64,000 nucleotides of DNA from Takakia lepidozioides. Lineage: Eukaryota; Plantae; Bryophyta. The first letter of the stretch is position 1. Each line of letters opens with the position of its first letter. A model generated the notes under the pieces. The model ran no database searches. It saw nothing but the letters and a program-made list of their open reading frames with translations, and was not told where the DNA came from. The stretch spans positions 47,430,001 through 47,494,000 of the forward strand of contig CM060733.1 in assembly GCA_030704615.1 (NCBI GenBank), written 5' to 3'. The translations under genes were made by a program, and so were the position numbers. Shown here in pieces: positions 22,340-35,640 of this stretch.

Positions 22340-25181
22340 TCAATGCAGTGGAGGGCGAGGGGACCGAGGCCTCACGGGCGTCTTTGATGGGCTCACCCTG
22401 AACAGCCAGGGCATGTATTTCAGTGGCAATTGACTAAGTATGTCACTGTAACTTGTCTATACTCTCAGTCTATTAGTCCACAACACAAAATTGCAGTCTT
22501 CTGAGCTTTTCTCACCTAATTGGAAGCGAGCCTAATATAGCTCCACTGCAATTTAAAGCAGCCATTGCACTCTCCGCCTGCCACAGAGAATTTCATGTCA
22601 ACTTTTGCAACACACTTGAAACCTTGCAACTGTAGAAGCAAGGTTTGCACAACTGAGGAAAACAGCACCATGCAAAATTCCGCAACCCAAAAGGTGAGAG
22701 CTGCAAATCAGCAGGAGAATAACAGCAGACTCTACAGGATGAACTTCCTTACTTCAGCAAACAGGCTGCAAAGGCTGGTCTTGCACACATCATAATACAC
22801 CTTCTCAGAAAAAGCAACTAATGAACCTGCAGATAATGACTGCACCCCTCTATGCAAGTGAGAAGGGAAATGTACTTACCAACACAAACTCCACAAATGC
22901 AATGCGTGTGGAATGATGGTAATCTCCCAGTAATCTCAACCGTGCAACCTTCAAATTCCATCATACAGCCGAGTTGGCACAACAACCATGAAAGTAAGTC
23001 TTTGATCCAACATCCAGAAGATAAATGACTTGAATTCGACGAAGGACAAGTCAATACTTCAAAAAAATAGGGTAGCACAATGTGGCAAAGAATGTGACCG
23101 AGATAGATGATGAGTCCGGGCTACGAGCACACCACATAAGCCTACCTCGCCACACAATGATTCGAAGAAGAGCTTCACATCAGCCTGTGACACCTGCATC
23201 CAAGTTACAGCCTCCTCAGAGCTAAAACCTTCCAATATACGATGTTAATGTTGGATCAGGCAAAAGGTCCTTAGAGAGGAAGGAGATCAATTCATACTCA
23301 TTCAATGCGATTGCTTACAACGCGCCCACAACGTGTTCATGTGACAGACAAGGATGCAAGCGAAGGAAATCAAATTCATGTTCACTTCCACTTCACCTTC
23401 TTGTCAATATTTGTACAATAAATGGTACGGGCGCACATCTCCCGCTCATCTTCAGACTGGACACAAATTTCAACTTGTCAGAGTCCAACAACCAACAGCA
23501 CAAATAAGTCTACGAAGATTCTGAGCACAGAACGTTGATTTGACCACAACCAATGCTCTTGGGGGCTGGATTTCCTTACACAGCCTTACATTCAATTTCA
23601 GCAGCGAAATGTAGTGATGAAAGAAACCTTGAAGTTCTCGGTGGGACAACATTGCCCTGGCGCCCATGCTACATGGGAAACTACACCCAAACCATATTCT
23701 ATAAGTCTCCTGGTTTACACACACTGTCTTCAGAGGATGACATGCTGGAATGCACTTGAGTGTGGCGAATGTAAGTAGACTAAACACCAAATTCAATGCA
23801 AAGAAAAGCCACTATTTGCTTACTCGAGGTAGAAAAGTTGGATTAACAGGAACAATGGCTGTCTTGGAGGGTAGGACACGAACAGGATAGTATCCCAACA
23901 TTGTCCCTGCAAGACTCAATGCTGCACGTGCACCCTCTGGTAGATGAAAGGAAAACACAACCACAACATTGTGAGACAAAGCAGACAAGACATGGGACCT
24001 CCAATTTGGATAGTTGTGAAACCAGAACTTCTTCAAGAAACAACAAGTGCCAGAAAAAGCACGAACTTACCTTCATCGGTAAATTCAACGAACGCAAAAC
24101 GAAGTACAGAATTAGGGTCTCCGCACACACGGCAATCCACCACCTGAAAGAATACATGAGGCAAACCTATAAGCCGGGCATCTTGACATGCCAATTATAC
24201 CTTGTAGAACACATTTGAAAGATCGGAAAGTTACCTGACCACATGTGATGAAGAGAGCTGCCAGTTGCTCTTCTGTCACCTTCCACAACCAAAACAGCAA
24301 GTAGACTCAATAAACTTTGGCTTGGCCATCAGACTAAAAGAAACCAATTTTGACCAGCAGTCAGCTCTAGGAGCAAGAATGAAGCAATGTGGACAACATC
24401 TGCCAAGCTCTCAGAAAAGTTTCATTGTGCATCAATCTCCTTCGTGGAACATTGAAATTGGATGTTTCAGCTGACCAGACTGATCCAATTCAAAGGCAAT
24501 TAGGAATTCCCTAATTCCTAATTAGATGGGAAGAACAAGTATGTAGCGGTAGAAATTTCGTGGTTACCTGTTGATCTATATCAGACACATATACTGTCCT
24601 TCGGATACTATCTTCCCGCTGAGCCCGGCTCGTTCGGCTACTCACTCTTCTTTTATGTCCCTGAATGTAGCCGTTTTTCTTCTAGCACAACCAGGTTCAC
24701 ACAATTGGATCAGGCGCAATCCAAGATCGCAACACTCGTTGGCATCAGCAATAGAGGAACCGAAAAGATTCTGCACGGAGAAGAGAACAAGTAGCCATAC
24801 CTTGCGAGGCTGGCCTTTGGAAGACGTTGCTGAGAGAGCACCAGAGCTTCCATCTACAAGAGACGGTGGGACAAACTCTTTAGCTAAAGGGTTGAGCTTG
24901 GTGAGAAGGTCTTCTAGTTCACGCATACTATCGTTGCTCACATTGCTGCGTGCATCTAATGTTCCTGCTTCCTCATCCCCCTCCCTCTCTCGGGACACAA
25001 CGCCATTCACTCGCGGCGGTTGCGATTGCTGCTGGGGAAGCGATGACGATGCCGGCTTCTGCTGTTCGTACAACTCATCCGCAACCTGCTCAGTCACCTC
25101 CGAAGAAAGAAGCGGATAGCTCCTTGCCATTGGAACCATGTTCATTGCCAGCCCCATCCCTGCATTGTCAACCACAGCCAT
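22340..25181 (-). CDS. PAM2-motif, 2xRRM RNA-binding protein (CID8-13 type, PABP-interacting), paralog 1; 10 exons
   Basis: PAM2 KLNPLAKEFVP; RRTVYVSDIDQQVTEEQLAALF; DCRVCGDPNSVLRFAFVEF; ARTIYCTNIDKK; HSTRIAFVEF; C-terminus VSPSKTPVRPR. GT-AG introns. Confidence 0.9.
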
Positions 25182-25235
25182 GCTTCTCTTTCCCGATCCC
25201 CCTTCTCCACACTCAAGCCTTTCCAACGCCTCCCA

Positions 25236-25292
25236 TCACCTCCACAGCTGCATCTCCTTCTTCCTCCACACATCGCAATGCCGGATCCTCAT
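25236..25292 (-). other. uORF MRIRHCDVWRKKEMQLWR in the 5' leader of CID paralog 1
   Basis: Read directly; homologous to the uORF at 41094-41159. Confidence 0.55.
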
Positions 25293-25548
25293 CTTCTCAA
25301 CGCAATCGACCACTGTCTGTCTGTCTCTCTCACTCTCTTCTCTCTCTCTCTCTCTCTCTCTCGATCGATCGATCGACTGTCGACCCGAATGGTCTGTCGA
25401 TGCAAAACTATGCTACGTACATTGTTAGTCACTAGTTTAGTCACTACGCTAGTGTACATTCTGGCCTGATTAGTGACTACTTAGTTACTGATTAGTGTGA
25501 CGTAGAACCGGGAAAGGACTCACTAACTGCTAACTAAAGCCGTAGTTA

Positions 25549-25592
25549 GTGAGTAGTGAGTAGTGAGTGGTGAGTGGTGAGTGGTGAGTGGT
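25549..25592. repeat. Heptamer tandem repeat (GTGAGTA/GTGAGTG) x ~6
   Basis: gtgagtagtgagtagtgagtggtgagtggtgagtggtgagtggt. Confidence 0.85.
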
Positions 25593-26057
25593 AGGAAGGC
25601 ACGAAGTCCAAGCCGCGCTGTTGATACCTGCCTAGGGTTTGTACACGCTCTGGCCCGCCAATACCGGGGTTTCGCCACCCCTACTTGCGTTTCGCCACAG
25701 CGGGCTGGCAGGTCTAAAATGTTTTTCTCGGGGGCTTTATGACAAGTTGCTCCTCGGAATAAACTGGCGATTGATGGTGGGCATTTCGCCGTCCAGTTTG
25801 CTGCCCCGGTCGCCACACTGGGGGACCAGCGCAGGGCCCACGGATTTAGGAGTCTTTACGACTGGGTCCTCACTTCGTCATTCATCCAATTATATTACTT
25901 TATTGTTATTATTTTAATTATATTTTTCATATATATATGGTATGAATTTTTTAAAACTAGGATTCATGTTTTTTTTAGTTTTTTTAGTTTTTTGGGATTA
26001 TACTATATGCCAACTAGTACTGGTCTTTATCCAATGATGTGCAAAACTTCACTAGTA

Positions 26058-26527
26058 GGTAGATCAGTTGGATAGTGCAACTATTGCCACCCTGGTCAAA
26101 ACCTGCTACCTTGTCGGGGTGTGTACTTTGAATTTATTTGATTTGTTGTTTTTGCTAAAATTAAATCTTTAAAGAAAGTGTTTTTTTTTTTCCCTCCCAA
26201 TATTCAACAAGTAAGGGCTTTGCCCACCAAAAATAGTTTATAATAAAGTTAACCAGGGCTCCAATCCCCTGTTAACCCTTTTTTTTAAAAGGAAAAAAAG
26301 AAAAAAATCTTTGTTAGATTATGAAATAACGTGAATTCTTGCGCTATAATCCTCTCACTTTTTTTTCTTTTTCTTTTTCAACAGGGAAATACCTAGCACC
26401 ATAATTACACTTCCTCGGGGAGGCATCAAATATAAATGTTAGAATATTATCACACCCCACAAGGTAGCAAGATTTGAGCCCAGAATCACTTGGGCACTCA
26501 GTGCTCTATCCAACGGAGCTATGGACT
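26058..26527. mobile_element. Two degenerate tRNA-derived SINE-like heads in inverted orientation (26058-26124 plus; 26450-26527 minus)
   Basis: A-box-like TAG(A/C)TC(A/C)GTTGGATAG(T/A)GCA, B-box-like GGTCAAAACC / GGCTCAAATC, and shared tail TGCTACCTTGT(C)GGGGTGTG. Confidence 0.45.
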
Positions 26528-26671
26528 GTGGTTATAGAAGAAGAGGACTGCGACCAAAGCCGGCGTAACTAACGGCTAGTGATTAGTTTGACGTTGTGAG
26601 CCGTTGCGCCTAGGAAAAATAACAAGGCGTGAGATACAAGGAGGCCCTGCCATTGTTTTATTGATATGAAT

Positions 26672-26949
26672 TGTAACATGTGCCCAACTGGGAACTAAAA
26701 ACTTTCATGTTCCCATTAAGTCCCATGGGAACAACCCATGATATAAACACTTTGGCCAACTTGATGCATAGTCCCGTGAAGTGTAATATGTGCCCAACTG
26801 GGAACTAAAAACTTTCATGTTCCCATTAAGTCCCATGGGAACAACCCATGATATAAACACTTTGGCCAACTTGATGCATAGTCCCGTGAAGTGTAATATG
26901 TGCCCAACTAGGAACTAAAAACTTTCATGTTCCCATTAAGTCTCATGGG
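26672..26949. repeat. 110-bp tandem repeat, ~2.5 near-identical copies
   Basis: tgcccaact recurs at 26681, 26791 and 26901. Confidence 0.95.
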
Positions 26950-27631
26950 ATGCGTTAGTCCCTACCCTGTCGAGTCTTACTACGCGAATGCGGAATAACA
27001 TGCTCGTGGAATACACAACAGGCATGGCAGAAAAAGAAGACTGAAGCTGAAGTTTGCATTGGCAGTTTCAAGCATTGCAACAATTCTTATTTTTAGGTCC
27101 CAAGCTTCTTTCTACCATCCTACTTGAGTTGTGCTTGGGAGACAACTCTTTCCTTTGTCTCTGTTCATCCGTCCACATTCATCAGCGCGTGGACGTGTGG
27201 ATAGCGCTCCGCACTGCTGAGCTCACGACGTGTGGATCAAAATCCAAGGAATCGAAACAAGTGATAGTCGACGACGAGCTGATGCAATCCATCTCAGCTG
27301 CTGCTGCGGAATGCGTGGAGTTCTGTGTTGATCTGGACTGGATTCAGCTTCATTAGCTTCCTTTTTCACTTCCACGAATTTGGTTACCCCATTTCCATTT
27401 GCAGCGCACAGTCGGGTAGACAACACAGGATCTCAATGGAAAAATAGTTGCAGTATCGCATTGGCATTTTGAGAAATGGCCTTTCGGATTCCGGAGAACT
27501 TTGCTTTTTAGGCATGATGATACTGCCCGATTAGCTCCAGTGATGCCTGGAAAGCCAAGCCTTCAAAATCTAGGCGTTGAGATTCAGCGGTGAGGAACCT
27601 GGTGTTTTCAGGGTAGCAAGCACGCTCCAGA

Positions 27632-28369
27632 ATGGCTATGGCGGTAAACACAGCCACCTTATCTGTGTCAAATTCTTCAACGTTACAAAAAACTCTGAGC
27701 CCACCCACTTGGCCCAATTCCCGGGGGTCCCTCTTTTGCAGCACTTCTTCTCGTCTCGTTCCCTCCCACTGTTGCTTGATTTCCTCCGCTACATTGTCAC
27801 GGGAAGGCGCCTCTCGTGCTGCCCCCTCGTCATCTACATTTTCTTCAAGTGTTGGAGCTCCTGCCAACCGTCTCCCGTCGTCAAGGTTTGCTAGCAGGGA
27901 GGTTATGATGGTTTGGAGATTGGCAGCGTCGTCAGCAAGAGGTTCTGGAGCTGTAGAGAAAGAGGAGGTGTTCTTTGATGGCGGGCCTCACTACGGGGAC
28001 CTTGTTACAAATCTAGTGTTCGGGCTCACAGTGGTGTGGCTTCCGTTGACCCTCGCGTCCGTGTTCAGATCTCTATTTCTTCGCTACAGGTTCACCAATT
28101 TGCGAGTTACAATCTTGTCAGGATTGACAGGGGAGGACCGTAAGGATTTTACATATGAGGTAATCAAAGATGTGAAATTTGTGCCTCGATTCATTGGAGA
28201 GTGGGGTGATATGGTGATCACTTTGACTGATGGTACCCAAGTGGAAGTGAGGTGCATTCCCAAGTTCCGAGAGATTGCTAAGTACTGCCTTGACAAAGCT
28301 GGTCAAAAGCAAGCTCCCTCTATTGGAAGCAATATCGCATCACCAGCCGCGGGCCCCAAGGGTTTCTAG
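27632..28369 (+). CDS. Intronless plastid-targeted protein with a bacterial PH (YdbS/bPH_2-like) domain, cyanobacterial type
   Basis: Ser-rich transit-peptide-like N-terminus, then EEVFFDGGPHYGDL-[hydrophobic]-LRYRFTNLRV..SG..GEDRKDF.Y..I...GEWGDMVITL.DG...EVR.IPKFREI. Confidence 0.85.
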   Translation: MAMAVNTATLSVSNSSTLQKTLSPPTWPNSRGSLFCSTSSRLVPSHCCLISSATLSREGASRAAPSSSTFSSSVGAPANRLPSSRFASREVMMVWRLAASSARGSGAVEKEEVFFDGGPHYGDLVTNLVFGLTVVWLPLTLASVFRSLFLRYRFTNLRVTILSGLTGEDRKDFTYEVIKDVKFVPRFIGEWGDMVITLTDGTQVEVRCIPKFREIAKYCLDKAGQKQAPSIGSNIASPAAGPKGF

Positions 28370-28594
28370 GCCGTCTTGGTGAAGCATTAATTGTGGAGAG
28401 TTTTGCAAGTCTCATCTTGTCGGATACAGATTGTCGACCGAAGTTTTTTTCTCATTCAATGCAACGACGTTTTCTCGTAGGGGATCATTCCCCAAATAGT
28501 GTAGAACAAATCTTATGGAAGATGTTTCCGTTTCTGATATGCTTGGTTGGTCGTCGTCTGAGCAATCGTGCTTGGTGAACTTCTGTTTGAGATT

Positions 28595-28799
28595 ACTTTC
28601 AAAGTTGGTAAACAGGGGTACAGGCACAATTCCCTTGCACTCTCCCTTTCCTCTCTGCTTCTGTTTGCTGTTCAAAGGTAGGCTTGCTGCCCTGAGTTTA
28701 AATTTCAGTCTAGTGCCGAGAGTGGGTAGACCCTTGAGGTCATCCAAGATGTCCTCCCCCATGTCACTGACTGGAAACAAGTTTAGAACTTCCCTGAAC
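28595..28799 (-). mobile_element. Short fragment of the same non-LTR element as 58112-58828
   Basis: Encodes LNLFPVSDMGEDILDDLKGLPTLGTRLKFKLRA, nearly identical to the 58.3 kb copy; lacks the CCHC segment; next to (GA)n at ~28802-28822. Confidence 0.8.
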
Positions 28800-29286
28800 A
28801 TAGAGAGAGAGAGAGAGAGAGATGCTCGTTCTTTGTTCCCCAAACTCAGTACCACAGAAAAGTTTGCAAATCTGCAAAGAACTGATGCCAACAAGAACAA
28901 GACGGCCCATTAGCCAGATTATTAGTATGATACGATCACCAGAGATCACAAACATCACTAATGACTGCCCAGGATTAAAAATTTGTCCAGATTTCGTGAG
29001 TCAAACCACAGCTGATATCAAGCGTTCCACTGAAGATACTTCCAGCCACACTGATGCTTCAAATCTTAGCTACTGACAAAAGCATGCAAAGGTGAACATC
29101 CTCAACGTCACCTGTAGAATTTCCTCACACTCTACATATCCTATCAGTTTGCATAGGAGAGTATGAATGCATATTTCAGAGAATTGGGCTGCTGCAGACT
29201 TTTGAGTCAGTCACTCCAATGACCACCAGACAACTGCAGCCTGCTGACAGACGACCAATCAGCCTGCAGAGTGAAGGAGAGGGGGA

Positions 29287-29443
29287 CACCTGACAGACAT
29301 GCCTTTAAAAAATTCAACTTCTCTTCTTTAGATTCACATGTGAGCATACAAAAGGTGGTCACCTTTCTACACCTGACAGACATGCCTTTTACTTCTCTTC
29401 TTTAGATGCACATGTGAGCATATAAAAGGTGGTCACCTTTCTA
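29287..29443. repeat. Short tandem duplication (~75-83 bp unit)
   Basis: cacctgacagacatgccttt...aaaaggtggtcacctttcta occurs twice. Confidence 0.8.
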
Positions 29444-30030
29444 GAAGAGCCAAAATACCTCCTTGGAAGAATCGAAGTTATAAATGACACAGATAAGATG
29501 TTTGCAGGTTGCAGCATATCTGAAAGTTAGTATCTGTGGTGTTCAATTACATCACACTTGTTAGGAGAGCTGAGATGCCAATTAATGGAGATTCAAAAAT
29601 GTCAAAATGATGATGGCTTCCTTGACTTATGGACCTAAAGTAACATCCATTACAACGTTTTCCATCTGCTCCCATAATCACTATCATGTTCAATCCATGC
29701 AAGCAAGCAGGGGGTCACTTCACCATCACAGTACACACCTTCATCTGTGTGGACAAAGAGTTATTTCTGATGCGGCTCAACTTCATGAATAACCTAGATG
29801 AATAACTTGCAAGGTATCCATCTATTTGTATTCTCAGAACTGCAATATTGTGGTGCAGTTTGGAGTGGCAAAGTACAATTCCTGCTTAGCAAGACCTAAG
29901 ATCTATCCAGAAAGTCTAACGTGCTGTCTGCCACATTTCCCTAGATATGTCAAGTAAAGCACCAATAAAGATTCAAGAAGTCACAAACGCTTTGGACTAC
30001 ACTAACTATTTTCAAAGACAAAAACATGAG

Positions 30031-33000
30031 TTACAAGCTGTTTGTTGGGAGGCTTGTAAAAGGAACCCTGCCAGCGCTTTTCACCCACCAACCCACAGCA
30101 ACAGCCACGGATACTGCTGCCAATGACAAAAGAAGGGAGAATGCACCAATGGCACCTGCAGTTGCCCTTGAAACACCTCGCTCACTACTAACTGCTCCTG
30201 GCAAAATCTCCAGCTTTACCCAATCACAGCTCACCGAGTAGTGCTCAACAGCAACCCAAGGTGCTCCATTCACAGGATACCAAAAGGCTGCAGCGAATCT
30301 GTGTGCCCCACCAATTGTGAACTGAGCATCCTGCATGGGCACGGCGACGAGGTGAAATTTCATGCCCCCATGGACCCTGCTATGACCCATGACCAACAAA
30401 TATGTGCAAACCAGACCAGCCAGTTGGACTTTCAAAGCACAATTCTCAATAGAAGATGAGATCTAAACATATATAAGACCACCCTGCTACTTTACCCACA
30501 ATATCCTGGTATCAAGCAAAATGTGCACGGGAGAACTTTGAAATGGTATCGTCAATATGAATGTCTGGACGTGCACACCTCCTGAAGACGATCAGACGTG
30601 CGAAGTGGCCTTGCAAACTCAAAGGTGTAGCTACCAGTGCTTCCCACTGTTCCATAAGGACTATCAGATAGCACCAGCCCTGCAGAGACTCTGCTCAGTA
30701 TTTCTACAAACATCTGAAGTAAATTCTACTTTGCAACCTTTCCTACAAGGGGACAAATTTGACAAGGTTCTGGCGACAACATCCTCACACCAGCTTGAAA
30801 ACAAGTAGGAGTAAACACGAAGCTATCTTGTGAAGCACAAAAACAAAGAATAAAAAGGAATCATCAGAGAGAAAGATACCATAACCAGTATCTGTAATGC
30901 TATGAGTCCAAGATCCACGCCAGTCATTTAGCGCACCACCAACCTTTCCTGAAAGCAACAGTCGAATTGTTAACAGAGCACCTCTTCGCACCTTTACTTT
31001 TGCTACCAGGAATTATCTTCACACCCTGGTAAGCCTTGTAATGCACCACAAAGTGGAGCATAAATAAGAGACAAATAGGAAGGAGAGAACGCAAACCTTT
31101 AGGGCCATCCCCATCAACATAGCGGCAATGTGGGTTCCATGCATACACATCATTCAAACTGCCAAAGCTGCCACATCATTTGCCATGAAAACTGAGTCAG
31201 TCATTCCAGCCTTGCTCATCATGCAAGTACCGAGACTCTCCAGTTCCACTTCAACTTTTTTATTCCAGTGAGACGCTTCCTGTAACTGTGGCGTACCGAA
31301 GAGAAAATACATTCTTCAGTCACTTGAAAAGATGCATGCTGCCGCTTCATACATTCCTTACACAACCGATGGATGCAAGAGGAACGCAGTCAAGAGTATA
31401 GTGGTTATAGCTGCACGACATTCTTGGCACCGAAGAGCTCCACCGCCCAATAAACTCCCCCTTACTCTCGTCCAAGACCCTACACATCTAGAATCCCTCC
31501 TGGGTTGTGGACTTTATGCCTCAGAAGTACCTGTCTATTCCTGTGCCATTCAGGTTGTCGAAGAGATTGGCACCATACAGGCGACCGGGAATGGCAGAGC
31601 TGGTGGGAAAGTGCATGATGTCCACTTCATGTCCAGCGCAAGTGCTGCTGGAGCATGTGGCTGTCCCCTCCTTGCACCCACCCATCTGAAGCACCACACC
31701 CAACCTCATTTGGTCAAGGTCCTCTGCATCCAACTCCTACTTCATGAACAAACCCCACAGGGTAATATAAAAAAACTACGGATGGGAACAAGCTAAGGTA
31801 CAGCCCACTTTGACCTCAGAAGGTATTACTTGGAAATTAATACATTGGAGCAGGCCACCGGTCGTCAGTTGCACATGAGACATCATGCCAGAATTAAAAG
31901 ATGCAACAACTTTACATATCCCACATTTTCCAAACTTAGCCAGCAAGTTTTGCCCCAATGACATCAAAATTTAACGAAGATGCTCTAGTCATCAGAAACA
32001 ATCTCACTGCTGTTCCAGGAACAGTATCACAAAACAGCTGACAAGTGCCACCAGACACAAGCTGACCCAAAAATTGCAGAATATTTTTGTTGGTATATTG
32101 GTAACAATGTGAAGGGTTTCCCAGCACTTAGTAGCAACTGAAAAGGGAATTTGAGAGACTGCAAACGACACCAAGTGAAGGAGCTCATAAAGGAAAAAAG
32201 AGATGTTTTGGGCTGTCATGCTGCTTCTGTCCCATTAGCTTTTGGATTCCCCCCTGTTGAAGCAGTCTGGACTTGTCTACCTCTTAGTATATGTCTAGTG
32301 CAGGCATCTCGAACATTCTTGAACACTGTTCCTCCAACAGTGTGAAAGCTCGGTCCTTTTGAACAGAATACAGAAAAATCGTTCATCGCAGAAAGAAAGC
32401 TCAGACAATGAGTTACATCAACCGGCTTCCATTGAGTCAGGAACCTGGAAGCACTGCAGCGATGTCCAGCCAGGGCAACCCAAGCCAGGTGAGACATTCC
32501 CTACAATTTTGTTGCAATTTTTCGTGACATTCAAGCAGTGCACCTCCCATTCACAAAGTGTGGGCGCAACAGCTAACCTTTTGTCAGATGAAAGAGACAC
32601 AAAGCAGCTAACAAGTCCCACACAAGGAGTGAAGTGCCAAATCACACAAGGGCTTACATTATAGTAGGTGGCATCATCCCCCACTCCAAACATAAGCGCC
32701 ACCGACGCACAGTTTGAGGGCTGCCTGCAAGTCCCACACATCACTTAACTCGCTATCTATCTGCGTCTACTTTCCACATTCTCACGAGTCACATTGCCCA
32801 CCTCCAGAATTGCTGAATTTAAAAAAAGTACAATCTGCGAGGCACAGGAACCTATGACACTAATAATTTTTGCTGAGCCCTAAGGCAGTACAAAATCAAG
32901 GAGTTCCTCTGAACTAAGGCCTAACTTGAAAAACACAGATTTTTGCTGTCTCTCTTGTGGAAGTGGATTTCGACTTGAGTCTAGACTACTAGTCTAGTCT

Positions 33001-33897
33001 CACAAGTCTGTCCTCTGTACTGTGCAGATTCTGTGAAGCATCACAACGAAAGGTAAAATGCACGTGCTGATGTCAGATATTTTAAAGATTCCTTCGAAAA
33101 ATCCCTCTAGACCAGGTATCCAAAATAATAAGTCCACAACCCTTTGTGTGCCCTAAAAAATACAATGCAGATAGCTTCCCTTACTACTCAAAGGTCTAAA
33201 AGGAACCATGTACTTACCCGCTTTGATACGCATAAGCTCCAGGCACTTCAAGCAAGAAAAAGAGGTCCCGACCATCATGGGCCACCTGAGAACACATAAT
33301 GTTAGTCCATGGCTACAATTTCTACAGTACAGACATGACCATTTCAAATCTATGCTGAATTCATGTGATTCCAGGTCTAAAGTGATTAATCGCTACATTG
33401 TGCATGCCGGAAGGGAAAAACACTTGTTCTGGTCAAATGCTTCCCCTCAAAGGTTATAAACATTCTCACTCCGAAAGGCACAAATGACGTAGATTTCATC
33501 GCCCTGGAGTCTGTCCTGCACAGTTGATTTGACTCGACCAACTGACCAAATCATAACCATCCGAGCATGAAGAAAGGAAAGATTTTCATCTGAGAAAGGA
33601 CACATACGAAACCTTGATCTGCATAGAACCGTCTCCTTGGGGATAAGCTTGGTTTGGTTTAGGATTTATGGCTTGCAGTAGAGAAAAGGTGTGACCGTCA
33701 ATACCCGCCCAGTCATTGGACTTCCCGTCCACGGTGATGCCACCAGGCATGAAAGCCGCCTGGAGACTCACACCCAAATTTCGCGCACAGGGCGGCGCGT
33801 TGGACTGTTGATTGTGAGCTGTCACGCGCGAGGCGTGCAGCAGCAGCAAGCACAGCAGCAGGCATAGTGTAGAAGCAGCTGCCACGCTGCTCTTCAT
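30031..33897 (-). CDS. Secreted, membrane-anchored heme-binding protein (cytochrome c-552/DMSO reductase-like EB_dh domain; similar to Arabidopsis AT3G62370 as recalled)
   Basis: Signal peptide MKSSVAAA...RVTA; exons ITVDGKSNDW, AHDGRDLFFLLEV, CASVALMFGVGDDATYYN|MGGC...HEVDIMHF, LNDVYAWNPHCRY, NDWRGSW, YTFEFARPLRTSDRLQE, DAQFTIG...AFWYP; C-terminal TM helix. GT-AG introns. Confidence 0.85.
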
Positions 33898-35379
33898 GGA
33901 TGCCCGCCCCTCTCTCTCATGCGCACTGCGACGAATCACACAGCTCACGCATCCTTCCCCCTCGTCTCGCACCTCTGCTGCTGCGTCTTACTAGTATCTT
34001 ACTACTTACTAGCAAGCTTCTTACTAGTAACAAGCTAAAAAACCCCAGTTACAGTTAGTGCACCGTTAGCTGCAAATTAGGGCCTTTTTTTCTCTCTCTT
34101 CTCTCACTCCATTCTATAAGTTATTTCTCTCTCTTGCCCTTCACTTCATGTGGGACTATCTTTTTCTCCTAACTTTTATTTATTATTATTATTATTATTT
34201 TTGAAGAACAGGGAGATTGTAGCCCTGAAAACTTTATTAATAGAAGGATTGGTAAGGAAAAAATAACCTTACATTTAGCCATGAAGGCTGAGTAATGAGG
34301 TCCACTCTGAGCCTAAGAACATGAAAAAAGAGAACGAGGAAGAAGACCAAGAGGGCAGCCAGCAAACACTAAGCTTATTATAAGCTTACACCAGATGCTG
34401 AACTATAGAAGAAGGAAGAAGTGTCCAAGACACTGCTGAAACAGGCAGCAGCAGATGTAGATGCCTGCAACACAGAGTAAGGGAGCCACTATTTTTCACC
34501 ATTTTCACCATAAATCTTTTTCTCAAGGACAAATTTCTCAAGTTTTTTTTTTTTTAAAGGACAAAAACAAATCCCCAAGAGGAAAAATGTTCTGGTTTTC
34601 TTATGAAAGTTTTGTAATATGGTACAAGTTGTTTTCACTGACAACTTTGCTATACTCTAAATCCATGAAATCTAGAAACTTGCTAGGTGGAACCAGAAAC
34701 CAAGAAAGGGTGGTTAGAGAGGGACCTACCAATGACGCGGACAAGGGACCGCCTAGGGGGCGTTGGATGCCCCATATTTTGGCCGCGTTGGCCAACCCCT
34801 CACTTGTCCAACCAAGGCCGGTGCGACGCCCACATCGTCCGCATAACAAGGGATGGGGACTGGAACCGGAAGGATGGAGGAATGAAAGGGTAGGGTGCTT
34901 TCCCAGTTCTTACAGGGCACCCAAATGCTTCAAAATGAGTGACTGTATTTACTGCCAAAATTTCTATTTGCAGGAATTTAACCCTTAATTACCCGCATAG
35001 TCGGCCTTTTTTCACAACAAAATTGTACTACCTAATCCTAGTAAAATCAGCCTATTTACCTACCGCAAAGAATCCAAGAAAGTGAACTGGGGTGTATCTA
35101 GCACCACCAAATTGCAGCGGATTCATTTCACATTTCAATTTAGTTTCCACAGTATTTTAGTGGGGATTTTTGTTTAAACTTTTGGGATTTCGAAACAGAC
35201 TTTTTTTGGACCTTTGACCAAACAAATTGTGATATTTACATAGAACAGTAGGAATAATATGAGGTGCAATCTCTGACAGGACAATATGCCGGTTTCGGGC
35301 ATGTCAAATCTTTCCCACTTTCTCTTGAGAGTGACATGGAACTCAAGGAAGTGCAGTTCCACTCGGGTGATAGTGGGTC

Positions 35380-35640
35380 ACACGGTAGGAAGTGCAAACT
35401 CCATCCGGGGTTACACCCAGTCGGAGGGCTGGGAGTGTAACTTCAATTGGGGTTACACCAGGTTACAGGGTTGGGAGTGTAACTCCACTCAGGGTTACAT
35501 GGAAAGGAGTGTAACTCTACTCGGGTGTAACTTGCACTTGGTCTCCAAAGTTGACTAAGTCCGAATTTAGCTAAGTATAAAATGGAGTTACACAGGACAC
35601 ATGGTGACACAGGGTACACCAACCTAGGGTTACACTAGCT
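35380..35640. repeat. Cluster of GGGTTACAC / GAGTGTAAC motifs in both orientations (TE subterminal-like)
   Basis: About 10 motif copies visible. Confidence 0.6.

Noticed and set aside
26672-26949. 110-bp repeat as CRISPR or 5S rDNA
   Set aside because: Whole units are near-identical with no unique spacers, and there is no 5S rRNA similarity.
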